From the NCBI RefSeq assembly GCF_003790525.1, contig NZ_CP033635.1: a stretch of 64,000 bases of DNA; one strand, 5' to 3'. The position numbers and the translations under genes are program-made. The notes under the pieces are model-generated. The model saw nothing but the letters and a program-made list of their open reading frames with translations, did not search any database and was not told the origin of the DNA. The DNA comes from Escherichia coli (GTDB lineage Bacteria; Pseudomonadota; Gammaproteobacteria; Enterobacterales; Enterobacteriaceae). Positions within the stretch are counted from its first letter, which is position 1, and each line of letters opens with the position of its first letter. Positions 24,108 to 37,696 of the stretch are shown here, piece by piece.

Positions 24108-26930
24108 ATGGATAAGATCGAAGTTCGGGGCGCCCGCACCCATAATCTCAAAAACATCAACCTCGTTATCCCCCGCGACAAGCTCATTGTCGTGACCGGG
24201 CTTTCGGGTTCTGGCAAATCCTCGCTCGCTTTCGACACCTTATATGCCGAAGGGCAGCGCCGTTACGTTGAATCACTTTCCGCCTACGCGCGGCAGTTTC
24301 TGTCACTGATGGAAAAGCCGGACGTCGATCATATTGAGGGGCTTTCTCCTGCCATCTCAATTGAGCAGAAATCAACGTCTCATAACCCGCGTTCTACGGT
24401 GGGGACAATCACCGAAATCCACGACTATTTGCGTTTGTTGTTCGCCCGCGTCGGCGAGCCGCGCTGTCCGGACCACGACGTCCCGCTGGCGGCGCAAACC
24501 GTCAGCCAGATGGTGGATAACGTGCTGTCGCAGCCGGAAGGCAAGCGTCTGATGCTGCTCGCGCCAATCATTAAAGAGCGCAAAGGCGAACACACCAAAA
24601 CGCTGGAGAACCTGGCAAGTCAGGGTTACATCCGTGCTCGTATTGATGGCGAAGTCTGCGATCTTTCCGATCCGCCGAAACTGGAACTGCAAAAGAAACA
24701 TACCATTGAAGTGGTGGTTGATCGCTTCAAGGTGCGTGACGATCTTACCCAACGTCTTGCCGAGTCGTTTGAAACCGCGCTGGAGCTTTCCGGTGGTACC
24801 GCGGTAGTTGCGGATATGGACGACCCGAAAGCGGAAGAGTTGCTGTTCTCCGCTAATTTCGCCTGCCCAATTTGCGGCTACAGTATGCGTGAACTGGAGC
24901 CGCGACTGTTTTCGTTTAACAACCCGGCAGGGGCCTGCCCGACCTGTGACGGCCTTGGCGTGCAGCAATATTTCGATCCTGACCGCGTGATCCAGAATCC
25001 GGAACTGTCGCTGGCTGGCGGTGCGATCCGTGGCTGGGATCGCCGCAACTTCTATTATTTCCAGATGCTGAAATCGCTGGCAGATCACTATAAGTTCGAC
25101 GTCGAAGCGCCGTGGGGCAGCCTGAGCGCGAACGTGCATAAAGTGGTGTTGTACGGTTCTGGCAAAGAAAACATTGAATTCAAATACATGAACGATCGTG
25201 GCGATACCTCCATTCGTCGTCATCCGTTTGAAGGCGTGCTGCACAATATGGAGCGCCGTTATAAAGAGACGGAGTCCAGCGCGGTACGCGAAGAATTAGC
25301 CAAGTTCATCAGCAATCGCCCGTGCGCCAGCTGCGAAGGGACGCGTCTGCGTCGGGAAGCGCGCCACGTGTATGTCGAGAATACGCCGCTGCCTGCTATC
25401 TCCGACATGAGCATTGGTCATGCGATGGAATTCTTCAACAATCTCAAACTCGCAGGTCAGCGGGCGAAGATTGCGGAAAAAATTCTTAAAGAGATCGGCG
25501 ATCGTTTGAAATTCCTCGTTAACGTCGGCCTGAATTACCTGACGCTTTCCCGCTCGGCAGAAACGCTTTCTGGCGGTGAAGCCCAGCGTATTCGTCTGGC
25601 GAGCCAGATTGGTGCGGGCCTGGTTGGCGTTATGTACGTGCTGGATGAGCCGTCTATCGGCCTGCACCAGCGCGATAACGAGCGCCTGTTGGGTACGCTT
25701 ATCCATCTGCGCGATCTCGGTAATACCGTGATTGTGGTGGAGCACGACGAAGACGCGATTCGCGCGGCTGACCATGTGATCGATATCGGTCCTGGTGCGG
25801 GTGTTCACGGCGGTGAAGTGGTCGCGGAAGGTCCACTGGAAGCGATTATGGCGGTGCCGGAGTCGTTGACCGGACAGTACATGAGCGGTAAACGCAAGAT
25901 TGAAGTGCCGAAGAAACGCGTTCCGGCGAATCCGGAAAAAGTGCTGAAGCTGACGGGTGCACGCGGTAATAACCTGAAAGACGTGACGCTAACGCTGCCA
26001 GTCGGTCTGTTTACCTGCATCACAGGGGTTTCAGGTTCCGGTAAATCGACACTGATTAACGACACACTGTTCCCGATTGCCCAACGCCAGTTGAATGGTG
26101 CGACCATCGCCGAACCGGCACCGTATCGCGATATTCAGGGACTGGAGCATTTCGATAAAGTGATCGATATCGACCAAAGCCCAATTGGTCGTACTCCGCG
26201 TTCTAACCCAGCGACCTATACCGGCGTGTTTACGCCTGTGCGCGAACTGTTTGCGGGCGTACCGGAATCCCGTGCGCGCGGCTATACGCCGGGACGTTTC
26301 AGCTTTAACGTCCGTGGCGGACGCTGCGAAGCCTGTCAGGGCGACGGCGTGATCAAAGTGGAGATGCACTTCCTGCCGGACATTTACGTACCGTGCGACC
26401 AGTGTAAAGGTAAACGCTATAACCGTGAAACGCTGGAGATTAAGTACAAAGGCAAAACCATCCACGAAGTGCTGGATATGACCATCGAAGAGGCGCGTGA
26501 GTTCTTTGATGCGGTGCCAGCTCTGGCGCGTAAGCTGCAAACGCTGATGGACGTTGGTCTGACGTACATTCGCCTGGGGCAGTCCGCAACCACCCTTTCA
26601 GGCGGTGAAGCCCAGCGCGTGAAGCTGGCGCGTGAGCTGTCAAAACGCGGCACCGGGCAGACACTGTATATTCTCGACGAGCCGACCACCGGTCTGCACT
26701 TCGCCGATATTCAGCAACTGCTCGACGTGCTGCATAAACTGCGCGATCAGGGCAATACCATTGTGGTGATTGAACACAATCTCGACGTGATCAAAACCGC
26801 TGACTGGATTGTCGACCTGGGACCGGAAGGCGGCAGTGGCGGCGGCGAGATCCTCGTCTCCGGTACGCCAGAAACCGTCGCGGAGTGCGAAGCTTCGCAT
26901 ACGGCACGCTTCCTCAAGCCGATGCTGTAA
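24108..26930 (+). CDS. uvrA: Excinuclease ABC subunit A
   Basis: 940 aa, two ABC ATPase modules (GxSGSGKS x2) and zinc-finger CxxC motifs. Confidence 0.96.
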   Translation: MDKIEVRGARTHNLKNINLVIPRDKLIVVTGLSGSGKSSLAFDTLYAEGQRRYVESLSAYARQFLSLMEKPDVDHIEGLSPAISIEQKSTSHNPRSTVGTITEIHDYLRLLFARVGEPRCPDHDVPLAAQTVSQMVDNVLSQPEGKRLMLLAPIIKERKGEHTKTLENLASQGYIRARIDGEVCDLSDPPKLELQKKHTIEVVVDRFKVRDDLTQRLAESFETALELSGGTAVVADMDDPKAEELLFSANFACPICGYSMRELEPRLFSFNNPAGACPTCDGLGVQQYFDPDRVIQNPELSLAGGAIRGWDRRNFYYFQMLKSLADHYKFDVEAPWGSLSANVHKVVLYGSGKENIEFKYMNDRGDTSIRRHPFEGVLHNMERRYKETESSAVREELAKFISNRPCASCEGTRLRREARHVYVENTPLPAISDMSIGHAMEFFNNLKLAGQRAKIAEKILKEIGDRLKFLVNVGLNYLTLSRSAETLSGGEAQRIRLASQIGAGLVGVMYVLDEPSIGLHQRDNERLLGTLIHLRDLGNTVIVVEHDEDAIRAADHVIDIGPGAGVHGGEVVAEGPLEAIMAVPESLTGQYMSGKRKIEVPKKRVPANPEKVLKLTGARGNNLKDVTLTLPVGLFTCITGVSGSGKSTLINDTLFPIAQRQLNGATIAEPAPYRDIQGLEHFDKVIDIDQSPIGRTPRSNPATYTGVFTPVRELFAGVPESRARGYTPGRFSFNVRGGRCEACQGDGVIKVEMHFLPDIYVPCDQCKGKRYNRETLEIKYKGKTIHEVLDMTIEEAREFFDAVPALARKLQTLMDVGLTYIRLGQSATTLSGGEAQRVKLARELSKRGTGQTLYILDEPTTGLHFADIQQLLDVLHKLRDQGNTIVVIEHNLDVIKTADWIVDLGPEGGSGGGEILVSGTPETVAECEASHTARFLKPML

Positions 26931-26935
26931 TCGTT

Positions 26936-26960
26936 AAGGCCGCTTTCTGAGCGGCCTTTT
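26936..26960. terminator. Bidirectional terminator between uvrA and yjbR
   Basis: AAGGCCGCTttctgAGCGGCCTTTT hairpin. Confidence 0.75.
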
Positions 26961-26964
26961 CCTT

Positions 26965-27321
26965 TCAGAGTTGCACCAGCAATTTACGTTTTTCTTCCGG
27001 CAGCAAATTCACCGCCTGCTGATAAGACGCATCCACCAGATAATAGATTTGCGAATCCGGTAGCGATCCGTCGAGATAAACCGTGCTCCAGTGCGCTTTA
27101 TTCAGATGGCGGCTGGGGCGCACATCGCTGTGCTGCTGACGTAGCAGCTCCGCCAGCTCCGGGCTGGTTTTCAGCGAAACCGCCGGGCGATTTTCTACTT
27201 CTTTCACCATCGCAAACAGTACATCTTCCACTTTGATCTGCGTCGCTTTCCAGTCATTATGCACGCTCTGTTCTGCGCCTGGTTTTGCCATGCAATATTG
27301 TAGCAACTCCGAAATGGTCAT
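26965..27321 (-). CDS. yjbR: MmcQ/YjbR-family protein
   Basis: 118 aa ORF in conserved position. Confidence 0.8.
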   Translation of the reverse strand: MTISELLQYCMAKPGAEQSVHNDWKATQIKVEDVLFAMVKEVENRPAVSLKTSPELAELLRQQHSDVRPSRHLNKAHWSTVYLDGSLPDSQIYYLVDASYQQAVNLLPEEKRKLLVQL

Positions 27322-27324
27322 TTT

Positions 27325-27741
27325 TTACTCCCCTTGTAGTGTCGCGATAATGCGACGCGATCCGCCGTGGATGCGATGTTCCCCCAGCCAGATGCCTTGC
27401 CAGGTGCCGGTCTGAATACGCCCTTTATGCACCGGCAATACAAGCGATGTTCCCAGCATTGAGGATTTGATATGAGAAGGCATATCGTCTGCTCCCTCAT
27501 AGTCATGCTCATAATTTCCGTTGTCGGGAACGGTGCGGAGGAAAAAACGCTCCATGTCGTGGCGTACGGTGGGATCGCAGTTCTCATTAAGTGTCAGAGA
27601 GGCGGAGGTATGTTGCAGCAACAGATGCAGTAAACCGATGTTAACGCGCGGCATATCAGCCAGCTGATTCAGAATTTCATCCGTTACCAGATGAAACCCA
27701 CGAGATTTGGCGCTAAGCGTGAGCGTCTTTTGATACCACAT
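27325..27741 (-). CDS. yjbQ: UPF0047/YjbQ-family protein
   Basis: 138 aa ORF. Confidence 0.8.
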
Positions 27742-27851
27742 GTGCTGCTCCTTGATAAAACTCTCTTAATCAGTTTGCAGCAAGACAGAGAAAGGATAAA
27801 GGTGTGATTAAAAAAACAGCATTCGGGAGAGTGTCACGCTCTCCCGCTCTG

Positions 27852-28754
<903 letters not shown>

Positions 28755-28965
28755 TCAATGAAGGATACATTAATTTTACGTTTATTATGATGAATCCTCT
28801 GCAAATGAGCGAAATTTGATAGAACATTTATCTGCTGTACGATTTAATGAACTTAATGATACAGCATTACAAAAACAATCGAAGTTTATAAAGATGATTT
28901 CTGGTTGACCAGAACCCTACCCTACAATGGTGACTAATTTTATTACTCTCGAAGGAGATGATGAT

Positions 28966-29469
28966 ATGAATATATCATATGTGAATAGCAACAAAATGAC
29001 ATCTTTACCTGTTGAGCTAGATGCACTAAATAATAAAGATATCTCTTATTCCAAAGATTTTTCTTATGCCAGAGATTTCTTTTTATATATAGAAACACAG
29101 TTAAAAATTGCAAAAGATTTTTGTAGACCTGGAGAAGAAGTATCAAGTTCTATTGCAAGTACAGTTTTTCATGCATTTATTGATTTAGTTAACAAAATCA
29201 GAGGCAAGAAAGATTGTATGTATATTTGCACACTTTGCTGTTTTGCCGAGGAGGTTAAAGGTGATTATTCTCATTACAGGACCTTTTTATTTGATATTGG
29301 TAATCAATATAAGGTTAAACTTACACAAAGCGGAAAAAAAGAGTTCTCTTTAACATTAGAATTTAACGATACTATAATTGAATCTCAGAAAGTCACAGGC
29401 AATAAGGCAAAGCATATTCTTGAGGATATAGAAATATTCTATCGTAACAAACCCGATACTTATTATTAA
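28966..29469 (+). CDS. Orphan hypothetical protein in AT-rich islet (167 aa; longest ORF from 28927)
   Basis: ORF with strong SD GAAGGAG 8 nt upstream of the in-frame ATG at 28966; AT-rich, atypical codon usage; Cys-rich CMYICTLCC segment; no recognisable family. Confidence 0.45.
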   Translation: MNISYVNSNKMTSLPVELDALNNKDISYSKDFSYARDFFLYIETQLKIAKDFCRPGEEVSSSIASTVFHAFIDLVNKIRGKKDCMYICTLCCFAEEVKGDYSHYRTFLFDIGNQYKVKLTQSGKKEFSLTLEFNDTIIESQKVTGNKAKHILEDIEIFYRNKPDTYY

Positions 29470-29691
29470 ATTTAATAATGGTTAGATGTGCAAAAATTAT
29501 TACTCCACACGAAAAAACAGGGAAAGGAATTCCAGATAATTGGGATAAACTTAACAATAAAAGAACTGACAACCTTTTATTATCCCTCACGTAAAACGAT
29601 GGCATCAAAAAAATCATCTATAAAGCAAGAGTGAAAGCGACGACAGTTTAATTTCACTGCAGGCTGGGTAGCTCCAGCCTGCTTTCCTGCA

Positions 29692-30885
29692 TTACATCAC
29701 CGCAGCAAACGCCTTTGCCACACGTTGTACATTTGCCGTATTTAACCCGGCGACACACATGCGCCCGCTAGTAATCAGGTAAACACCAAACTCCTCACGT
29801 AGTCGGTCAACCTGAGCGGCACTTAAACCGGTATAACTGAACATGCCGCGCTGATTAAGCAGATAATCGAAATTGCGTTCTGGCATCTCTGTGCTTAATA
29901 CCTTCACCAGTTCCTGACGCATTGCCAAAATGCGAGTACGCATCTCTTCTACTTCCGCCAGCCAGCTGGCTTTCAATGCCTCGTCATTCAGCACCGCTGC
30001 CACCACCTGCGCACCAAAATTCGGCGGGCTGGAGTAGTTGCGGCGAACTGTTGCTTTCAATTGCCCCAGTACGCGGTCTGCAGCTTCGGCATCTTCACAC
30101 AGAACAGAAAGTCCGCCGACGCGCTCGCCGTAAAGGGAGAAAATTTTCGAGAACGAATTGCTCACCAGAGCGGGTAATCCAGCGCTGGCAATGGCGCGAA
30201 TGGCGTAGGCATCCTCTTCCATACCGGCACCAAATCCTTGATAGGCAATATCAAGAAATGGGATAAGCTCGCGGGCTTTGAGAATTTCAATCACCGCATC
30301 CCACTGGTTATTAGTGAGATCGGCACCCGTTGGGTTGTGGCAACATGGATGCAGCAACACAATACTGCGGGCAGGTAATGTTTTCAGCGTCGCCAACAGG
30401 TCATTAAAGCGCACGCCGTTAGTCGCTTCGTCATACCAGGGGTAAGTACTTACTTCGAATCCAGCCCCGGCGAATATTGCTACGTGGTTTTCCCATGTAG
30501 GATCGCTGACCCAGACGCCTGATTCCGGGAAGTAGCGTTTCAGGAAATCTGCGCCCACTTTCAATGCCCCTGAGCCGCCAAGGGTTTGAATGGTTGCTAC
30601 GCGCTGTTGTTGCAGTACCGGATGGTCGGCACCAAACAGCAGCGGCGCAATGGCATGGCGATAGCTGTTAAGCCCTTCCATCGGTAAATAAAGCGAAGCG
30701 CCATGAGGCTGCGCATTCAGGCGCGCTTCTGCATCCGCCACGGCTTTCAGTTGTGGAATAATTCCCTCTTCGTTGTAGTACAGACCGATACTTAAATTCA
30801 CTTTGTCGCTGCGAGGGTCTTCTTTAAAACGCTCCATAAGCGTAAGAATCGGGTCGCCAGCGTAGGCGTCAACTTTTTGAAACAC
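29692..30885 (-). CDS. tyrB: Aromatic amino acid aminotransferase
   Basis: 397 aa from a GTG start ([13 protein letters not shown]); PLP aminotransferase class I motifs. Confidence 0.93.
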   Translation of the reverse strand: MFQKVDAYAGDPILTLMERFKEDPRSDKVNLSIGLYYNEEGIIPQLKAVADAEARLNAQPHGASLYLPMEGLNSYRHAIAPLLFGADHPVLQQQRVATIQTLGGSGALKVGADFLKRYFPESGVWVSDPTWENHVAIFAGAGFEVSTYPWYDEATNGVRFNDLLATLKTLPARSIVLLHPCCHNPTGADLTNNQWDAVIEILKARELIPFLDIAYQGFGAGMEEDAYAIRAIASAGLPALVSNSFSKIFSLYGERVGGLSVLCEDAEAADRVLGQLKATVRRNYSSPPNFGAQVVAAVLNDEALKASWLAEVEEMRTRILAMRQELVKVLSTEMPERNFDYLLNQRGMFSYTGLSAAQVDRLREEFGVYLITSGRMCVAGLNTANVQRVAKAFAAVM

Positions 30886-31080
30886 GCGATGGTTCTCCAG
30901 GTTTACGGGCAGGTGGTTAAAACACAATAAACCGGAAGAAGGCGAAGATCGAGTGGATGTTCAGGGGCGAACGGCAATTAGCAACAGAGTGAGACTCATG
31001 ACAAACGTACATCCGCCAGAGGCACGACCTTCATAAGAGCATGAAAGAATATCAACTTATTGAATTGGTAGGCTTTTATT

Positions 31081-31112
31081 GGCCGGATAAGGCATTCACG
31101 CCGCATCCGGCA
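31081..31112. repeat. Single REP element
   Basis: GGCCGGATAAGGCATTCACGCCGCATCCGGCA palindromic unit between tyrB and alr. Confidence 0.8.
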
Positions 31113-31137
31113 CAGACAATCAAATATTACAGAACGA

Positions 31138-32217
31138 TTAATCCACGTATTTCATCGCGACCCTTGAAGTCAGGCGCGTGATAAGTTCGTAAGCGCTTAC
31201 TTTCGTCATTTCAGCGATACGTTCTACGGGCAAACCTTCGCCCCATAAAATGACCGGGTCCCCGGCTTTATCCTGCGCCTGTGGACCTAAGTCTACGCAG
31301 ATCATATCCATCGCGACTCGCCCGACAATCGGCACTTCGCGACCGTTCACCAGCACTGGCGTACCGGACGGCGCGGCGCGCGGATAACCATCGCCATAAC
31401 CCATCGCGACTACGCCCAGGCGGGTATCACGTTCGCTTACCCAGGTTCCACCATAACCGACAGGCTCTCCGGCTTTGTGCTCACGCACGGCAATCAGGCT
31501 GGAGGTTAGTGACATCACTGGCTGACAGCCAAAATCGGCACCGGTGGAACGATCTTCCAGCGGCGAGACGCCGTAAAGAATGATGCCCGGACGCACCCAG
31601 TCAAAATGCGACTGTGGCCACAGCAGAATGCCACCCGATGCGGCAATGGAACGTTGACCTGGTTTGCCTTCGCAAAAGGTATTAAAGATAGCGAGTTGTT
31701 TCTCGGTTGCGCCGCATTTTGGTTCATCCGCGCGCGCAAAATGGCTGACGATATTCACCGGCTGACGAACGTTTTTACACTGGGTCAGGCGATGATAAAA
31801 CGCCTCAGCCTGTTCCGGCCTTACGCCCAGACGGTGCATACCGGTATCGAGTTTCATCCAGACGGTAACCGGCTCGTCCAGGCTGGCCTCTTCCAGCGCA
31901 GCCAGCTGTTCTTCGTTATGCACGGCGGTATGAAAATGTTGCGCAGAAATCGTCGGCAGATCTCTGGCATCAAAAAAGCCTTCGAGTAACAGTACAGGTT
32001 TGGTGATTCCCCCCGCACGCAGTCGCAGAGCTTCTTCGAGACGGGCTACGCCAAAGGCGTCAGCATCGGGGAGCGTTCGCGCGGTCTCAAGAAGACCGTG
32101 ACCATAAGCGTTCGCTTTCACCACCGCAACCATTTTACTGGCAGGTGCCAGTTCACGAAGACGTTGCAGGTTGTGTCGCAGAGCGCGGCGGTTAATCACA
32201 ACAGTTGCCGCTTGCAT
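31138..32217 (-). CDS. alr: Alanine racemase (biosynthetic)
   Basis: 359 aa, PLP-binding [10 protein letters not shown] motif. Confidence 0.94.
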
Positions 32218-32269
32218 TTGTGTTCCTTGATAAGTGTTTGCTTTAATTACCTAATTCATAAAATAATTA

Positions 32270-33685
32270 TTATTCGTCGTCGTACTGCGGCCCCGCATAG
32301 TTGTCGAAGCGCGACCATTGACCGTTAAAGGTCAGGCGTACCGTCCCGATTGGGCCGTTACGTTGTTTACCGATAATAATTTCCGCGATGCCTTTTAAAT
32401 CACTGTTTTCGTGATACACCTCATCACGATAGATAAACATGATCAAGTCCGCATCCTGCTCGATAGAGCCAGATTCACGCAGGTCGGAGTTGACCGGGCG
32501 TTTGTCGGCACGTTGTTCCAGAGAACGGTTCAACTGGGACAGCGCCACCACCGGCACGTTCAGTTCTTTCGCCAGTGCTTTCAGCGAGCGGGAGATTTCT
32601 GCAATTTCCAGCGTACGGTTATCGGAAAGCGCCGGTACGCGCATCAGTTGCAGGTAGTCGATCATGATAAGCCCGATGCCGCCGTGTTCACGGGCAATAC
32701 GGCGTGCGCGGGAACGCACTTCCGTTGGCGTCAGGCCGGAGGAGTCATCGATATAGATATTGCGTTTTTCGAGCAAAATACCCATGGTGCCGGAAATACG
32801 TGCCCAGTCTTCATCATCGAGCTGCCCGGTACGGATTTTAGTCTGGTCAACGCGCGACAGCGACGCCAAAGAACGCATCATAATCTGTTCTGATGGCATC
32901 TCCAGCGAGAAGATAAGTACTGGTTTATCCTGCAACATCGCCGCGTTTTCGACGAGGTTCATCGCAAATGTTGTTTTACCCATCGACGGACGCGCGGCGA
33001 CGATGATCAAATCCGACGGCTGCAAGCCAGCGGTTTTTTTGTTGAGATCGTCATAACCGGTGTTTACCCCGGTAACGCCATCGTGTGGCTGCTGAAACAA
33101 CTGCTCAATACGCGCCACCGTGGCGTCGAGCACATCGGCGATGTTCTTCGGCCCTTCGTCTTTGTTTGCACGACTTTCGGCAATTTTAAAGACGCGGGAT
33201 TCAGCCAGGTCCAGCAGATCTTCGCTGGTACGCCCCTGCGGATCAAAACCGGCTTCGGCAATCTCATTCGCAACCGAAATCATCTCGCGAACAACGGCAC
33301 GTTCACGCACGATGTCAGCATAAGCACTGATGTTCGCCGCACTTGGCGTATTTTTTGACAGCTCCGCCAGATAAGCGAAACCACCGACGCTATCAAGTTG
33401 CCCCTGGCGTTCCAGCGATTCCGCAAGGGTAATCAGATCGATAGGACTACCGCTTTCCTGCAAACGCGCCATTTCAGTAAAGATATGACGGTGTGGGCGG
33501 GTGTAAAAGTCGTCTGCCACCACACGCTCGGCTACATCATCCCAGCGTTCGTTATCCAGCATTAAACCGCCCAACACCGACTGCTCCGCTTCGATCGAGT
33601 GCGGAGGCACTTTCAGCCCGGCAACTTGTGGATCGCGTTCGCGGGGTTCAGCCTGCTGTTTGTTGAAGGGTTTATTTCCTGCCAT
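32270..33685 (-). CDS. dnaB: Replicative DNA helicase
   Basis: 471 aa, Walker A GARPSMGKTTF, DnaB family motifs. Confidence 0.96.
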   Translation of the reverse strand: MAGNKPFNKQQAEPRERDPQVAGLKVPPHSIEAEQSVLGGLMLDNERWDDVAERVVADDFYTRPHRHIFTEMARLQESGSPIDLITLAESLERQGQLDSVGGFAYLAELSKNTPSAANISAYADIVRERAVVREMISVANEIAEAGFDPQGRTSEDLLDLAESRVFKIAESRANKDEGPKNIADVLDATVARIEQLFQQPHDGVTGVNTGYDDLNKKTAGLQPSDLIIVAARPSMGKTTFAMNLVENAAMLQDKPVLIFSLEMPSEQIMMRSLASLSRVDQTKIRTGQLDDEDWARISGTMGILLEKRNIYIDDSSGLTPTEVRSRARRIAREHGGIGLIMIDYLQLMRVPALSDNRTLEIAEISRSLKALAKELNVPVVALSQLNRSLEQRADKRPVNSDLRESGSIEQDADLIMFIYRDEVYHENSDLKGIAEIIIGKQRNGPIGTVRLTFNGQWSRFDNYAGPQYDDE

Positions 33686-33767
33686 AGTGAATGGAGTTAC
33701 CGAGATAAAGAATGGGTCGAAACTTTACCATATGAAGCAGACCCTGACGATACGTTCTGGAGGACAC

Positions 33768-34751
33768 ATGGCAACACGAATTGAATTTCACAAGCACGGT
33801 GGCCCGGAAGTACTTCAAGCCGTAGAGTTCACTCCTGCCGATCCGGCGGAGAATGAAATCCAGGTCGAAAATAAAGCCATCGGCATCAATTTTATCGACA
33901 CGTATATCCGCAGCGGCCTTTACCCGCCGCCATCGCTCCCCAGCGGATTAGGTACCGAAGCGGCAGGCATCGTGAGTAAAGTCGGCAGTGGTGTAAAGCA
34001 TATTAAGGCAGGCGATCGTGTAGTCTATGCGCAGTCGGCGTTAGGCGCTTACAGCTCGGTGCATAACATTAATGCGGATAAAGCGGCGATTCTGCCTGCG
34101 GCAATTTCTTTTGAGCAAGCGGCGGCATCCTTCCTGAAAGGCTTAACGGTTTATTATCTGCTGCGCAAAACCTATGAAATTAAACCCGATGAGCAGTTCC
34201 TGTTCCACGCAGCGGCTGGCGGCGTTGGCTTAATTGCCTGCCAGTGGGCAAAAGCCCTGGGCGCGAAACTTATCGGCACCGTAGGAACCGCGCAAAAAGC
34301 GCAGAGCGCGCTAAAAGCCGGCGCGTGGCAGGTTATTAACTATCGTGAAGAGAATCTGGTCGAGCGATTGAAAGAGATCACCGCTGGTAAGAAAGTGCGC
34401 GTGGTGTACGATTCCGTGGGCAGAGACACCTGGGAACGGTCGCTGGATTGCCTGCAACGCCGCGGCTTAATGGTGAGTTTTGGCAACTCATCAGGTGCGG
34501 TTACCGGTGTGAACTTAGGCATTCTCAATCAGAAAGGCTCGTTGTATGTGACACGCCCTTCCCTGCAAGGCTATATCACCACGCGGGAGGAATTAACCGA
34601 GGCCAGTAATGAACTGTTCTCTTTGATTGCCAGCGGTGTGATTAAGGTCGATGTCGCCGAGCAGCAGAAATATCCGCTGAAGGATGCGCAGCGTGCGCAT
34701 GAGATTCTGGAAAGCCGGGCGACGCAAGGTTCCAGCCTGTTGATTCCATAA
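33768..34751 (+). CDS. qor: NADPH:quinone oxidoreductase (zeta-crystallin family)
   Basis: 327 aa from MATRIEFHKHGGPEVL; MDR fold; terminator hairpin 34760..34790. Confidence 0.93.
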   Translation: MATRIEFHKHGGPEVLQAVEFTPADPAENEIQVENKAIGINFIDTYIRSGLYPPPSLPSGLGTEAAGIVSKVGSGVKHIKAGDRVVYAQSALGAYSSVHNINADKAAILPAAISFEQAAASFLKGLTVYYLLRKTYEIKPDEQFLFHAAAGGVGLIACQWAKALGAKLIGTVGTAQKAQSALKAGAWQVINYREENLVERLKEITAGKKVRVVYDSVGRDTWERSLDCLQRRGLMVSFGNSSGAVTGVNLGILNQKGSLYVTRPSLQGYITTREELTEASNELFSLIASGVIKVDVAEQQKYPLKDAQRAHEILESRATQGSSLLIP

Positions 34752-34916
34752 AAGAAATAGGGCTTCCACCTGGGAAGCCCTTTCTTTTTATAGTTCGGCT
34801 GTATGTAGGGTACAGCACGATGAATCTGTTAGAGGCGCAATAGTGACAGATTTGATTATCAATTCCTATTTTGTTCTAAGGATAAAACCTTAGGTTGTGA
34901 TCATCCGCACAATCCA

Positions 34917-35159
34917 TTAGTAACGCCAGCGGTCATAACGCTGATATTTCGGCACTTTTGGTGCTTTAATCGCCTTAATAACCCACACCACCGCAACCGC
35001 CAGTAGTAACCACGGCAGCAACTTAATCATCAATGCCAGCATACCGCCGAGGAACATAATGGCCGTCGCCACAACCAGCGCGGCGATAATGCCCAGCAAC
35101 GAAACGCCGGTGACCATCAGCATGACAAAAAAGCCAATCACAAAAAGTAGTTCCAGCAT
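34917..35159 (-). CDS. pspG: Phage shock protein G
   Basis: 80 aa hydrophobic protein MLELLFVIGFF... ending KYQRYDRWRY. Confidence 0.85.
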   Translation of the reverse strand: MLELLFVIGFFVMLMVTGVSLLGIIAALVVATAIMFLGGMLALMIKLLPWLLLAVAVVWVIKAIKAPKVPKYQRYDRWRY

Positions 35160-35193
35160 GATGCTCTCCCAAATATGAAATCTCTTGCAGGCA

Positions 35194-35210
35194 TTACAAG
35201 AATCATGCCA
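35194..35210 (-). promoter_or_regulatory. sigma54 promoter of pspG
   Basis: Minus-strand TGGCATgattcTTGTAA (GG-N10-G[TC]) about 35 bp upstream of the pspG start. Confidence 0.55.
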
Positions 35211-35292
35211 AAAATAATCTATTGATTTAACAGCAAAACGCCCCGCGACGGTGCGCAGGGCGTGGTGAATTTGACTACTTTTTGGTGAAAAG

Positions 35293-36336
35293 TTAACGCT
35301 TATCCGCCACCAGTTTGAGCGCGTGTTCCAGCACATTAATGTCTGCACCCGCTTTATGGGCATTTTCACTTAAATAACGCCGCCACTGCCGCGCGCCAGG
35401 AATACCCTGGAACAAGCCCAGCATATGCCGGGTAATATGGCCGAGATACGTCCCCTGGCTGAGTTCACGCTCAATGTACGGATACATGGCGCGCACTACC
35501 GCCACCGGATCGGCATCGGTATCCGAGGAACCAAAAATCTCTCGGTCTACCGCCGCCAGAATCCCCGGATTCTGATACGCTTCGCGCCCGACCATCACGC
35601 CATCCATATGTTGCAAATGCGCTTTAGCCTCTTCCAGCGACTTGATACCACCGTTAATCGACATTGTCAGATGCGGAAAGTCACGCTTCAGTTGATACAC
35701 ACGCGGATAATCGAGCGGCGGGATTTCACGGTTTTCTTTCGGGCTTAACCCCGAAAGCCAGGCTTTACGTGCGTGGATGATGAACATCTCACACTCGCCT
35801 TTGCCGGAAACGGTGTTGATGAAATCGCAGAGAAATTCATAGCTGTCCTGGTCGTCAATGCCAATACGCGTTTTCACCGTCACCGGAATCGACACCACAT
35901 CGCGCATCGCTTTCACGCAGTCGGCAACCAGCTGCGCATTACCCATCAGACACGCCCCAAACATGCCGTTCTGCACCCGGTCAGACGGGCAGCCGACATT
36001 CAGGTTGATCTCATCATATCCGCGCGCTTCTGCCAGCTTTGCACACTGCGCCAGCGCCGCCGGATCGCTACCGCCCAGTTGCAATGCTACCGGATGTTCT
36101 TCTTCACTGTACGCCAGGTAATCACCTTTACCGTGAATAATCGCCCCTGTAGTCACCATTTCGGTATACAGCAACGTATTGCGGGAAAGCAGACGCAAGA
36201 AATAGCGGCAATGTCTGTCCGTCCAGTCGAGCATTGGTGCAACGCTAAACCGACCACTCCAGTGAACGTCAGTTTTTTCAGGCATTGCGCTGGTTTGGTT
36301 GATTTTTTGCATTTCAGAATTACCGTGCATTTTCAA
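35293..36336 (-). CDS. dusA: tRNA-dihydrouridine synthase A
   Basis: Dus family TIM-barrel flavoenzyme; longest ORF 347 aa, true start may be one of the in-frame Met codons a few residues downstream. Confidence 0.9.
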   Translation of the reverse strand: MKMHGNSEMQKINQTSAMPEKTDVHWSGRFSVAPMLDWTDRHCRYFLRLLSRNTLLYTEMVTTGAIIHGKGDYLAYSEEEHPVALQLGGSDPAALAQCAKLAEARGYDEINLNVGCPSDRVQNGMFGACLMGNAQLVADCVKAMRDVVSIPVTVKTRIGIDDQDSYEFLCDFINTVSGKGECEMFIIHARKAWLSGLSPKENREIPPLDYPRVYQLKRDFPHLTMSINGGIKSLEEAKAHLQHMDGVMVGREAYQNPGILAAVDREIFGSSDTDADPVAVVRAMYPYIERELSQGTYLGHITRHMLGLFQGIPGARQWRRYLSENAHKAGADINVLEHALKLVADKR

Positions 36337-36691
36337 ATGTAGAGATTATTTTATCGATATATCATTGAGTTATGTTATTCAGCATCACTGTTCAGGAGGC
36401 TCAATAGCGGGGTACTATACCATAACAACAGGAAGCGCCTGTCTCATTGCAAAAGAAAATTGAGATCCTCTCAAGGCATGAAGCTCTCACGAAGTGATGG
36501 AAATAATCTTATTAGCCGTTAGCTTTGTTAAGGCCAATGATAAACAATCCAGGTTCGACGATAAATAAAAATCACACATTAAACTACGGTGATATCTCTC
36601 CCTGCTAATAGCACTGATAGAGAAAAAAGAACCCAATCAATATTGGGTTCTTTTATGTAAAAACTTCCATGCTATAGGGAAAATTCACATT

Positions 36692-37696
36692 TTATTTTTC
36701 TAACTCAGTACCTAATAGGACATAAATGAACTTAATAATATCTTCGTTAATTAGATCGTTGTCATTTATATTTTTGTCATCCATATCTTTACCAATTATA
36801 ATTGGTCCCGTTGAGTCCGGGTCAAATGATTGAATAAATTTAATTAAAGTCTCACCTGCAGCCTGCATTTTTGTAATGTTTTTGATGTCTTCTTTTTCTT
36901 CTCCGGCCTGATTTTTCATCTCCTGCAGAATTACATTAAAATCCAATTCTTTTTTATCTATCAAGTCTTTCAGCTCCGCCAGGTTTTTTTTCATCACTTG
37001 ACGAGATAATATTTTTATCTGACTTTTTATGTAGTTTTCACAATCATCATTAACTCTCTCTGCTGCTCCTATGATATCTGCTGATGCACTATCATATGAA
37101 AATGAAAGTAAAAGGGAGGCCAGGGGTTTTAAGCGAGTATCTTTCTTTACATTATATGCATTTTCCAAATTTAAAAAGCCTTCGCTTACTGTTTTTAGAT
37201 GTAATGACGCTACAGGTGCTTTACAATAGGATTTATCATAAAATAGCTGAATCGTGGAGGGAAGGCCATTATGATTTATTACGTCGAAAGTACACTTGTC
37301 TATTAGAGTTACATCGCTATTTTCCATTGGATTACAAACAAAATTCATCGCGTAATGAAAAATCGCCCGATCCACAAATGCAGAAATATAGTCACGATCA
37401 CCTAATTGCTCATTAGTGCACTGATCAATACACTCCTCAACCCAATTTTTGAGAGCATCTATTCGCTTAATTAAGGAAACATTATTATCACTTGCAGTCC
37501 ATAAATTATGGGTGATTCTCTGAATAAACAAATCTATTTTTGCAATAATCGCAGCGCGATTACTCATCGTTGCATAATCAACCGATTTATTATATATATC
37601 CTTTATTTTTTCTTTGCTCGCATCTTTAATTTCGTATTGATTTGAATGGAGTGTATTATTGAAGAATTCTGTTGCACTTGAAATTATACCTGACAT
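36692..37696 (-). CDS. Orphan hypothetical protein in AT-rich islet (334 aa)
   Basis: Single intact ORF, K/D/E/N/I-rich, no signal peptide or TM segment, visibly AT-rich with atypical codon usage; occupies the dusA-zur interval where K-12 carries the uncharacterised yjbL/yjbM (from memory). Confidence 0.5.
   Translation of the reverse strand: MSGIISSATEFFNNTLHSNQYEIKDASKEKIKDIYNKSVDYATMSNRAAIIAKIDLFIQRITHNLWTASDNNVSLIKRIDALKNWVEECIDQCTNEQLGDRDYISAFVDRAIFHYAMNFVCNPMENSDVTLIDKCTFDVINHNGLPSTIQLFYDKSYCKAPVASLHLKTVSEGFLNLENAYNVKKDTRLKPLASLLLSFSYDSASADIIGAAERVNDDCENYIKSQIKILSRQVMKKNLAELKDLIDKKELDFNVILQEMKNQAGEEKEDIKNITKMQAAGETLIKFIQSFDPDSTGPIIIGKDMDDKNINDNDLINEDIIKFIYVLLGTELEK

Noticed and set aside
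24372-25244. 290-aa ORF antisense to uvrA, plus further antisense ORFs at 25296..25808 and 26031..26540
   Set aside because: Embedded antisense within a highly conserved gene; composition typical of shadow ORFs.
30886-31137. Possible TyrR boxes upstream of tyrB
   Set aside because: I could not find a convincing TGTAAA-N6-TTTACA match by eye; left uncalled pending a PWM scan.
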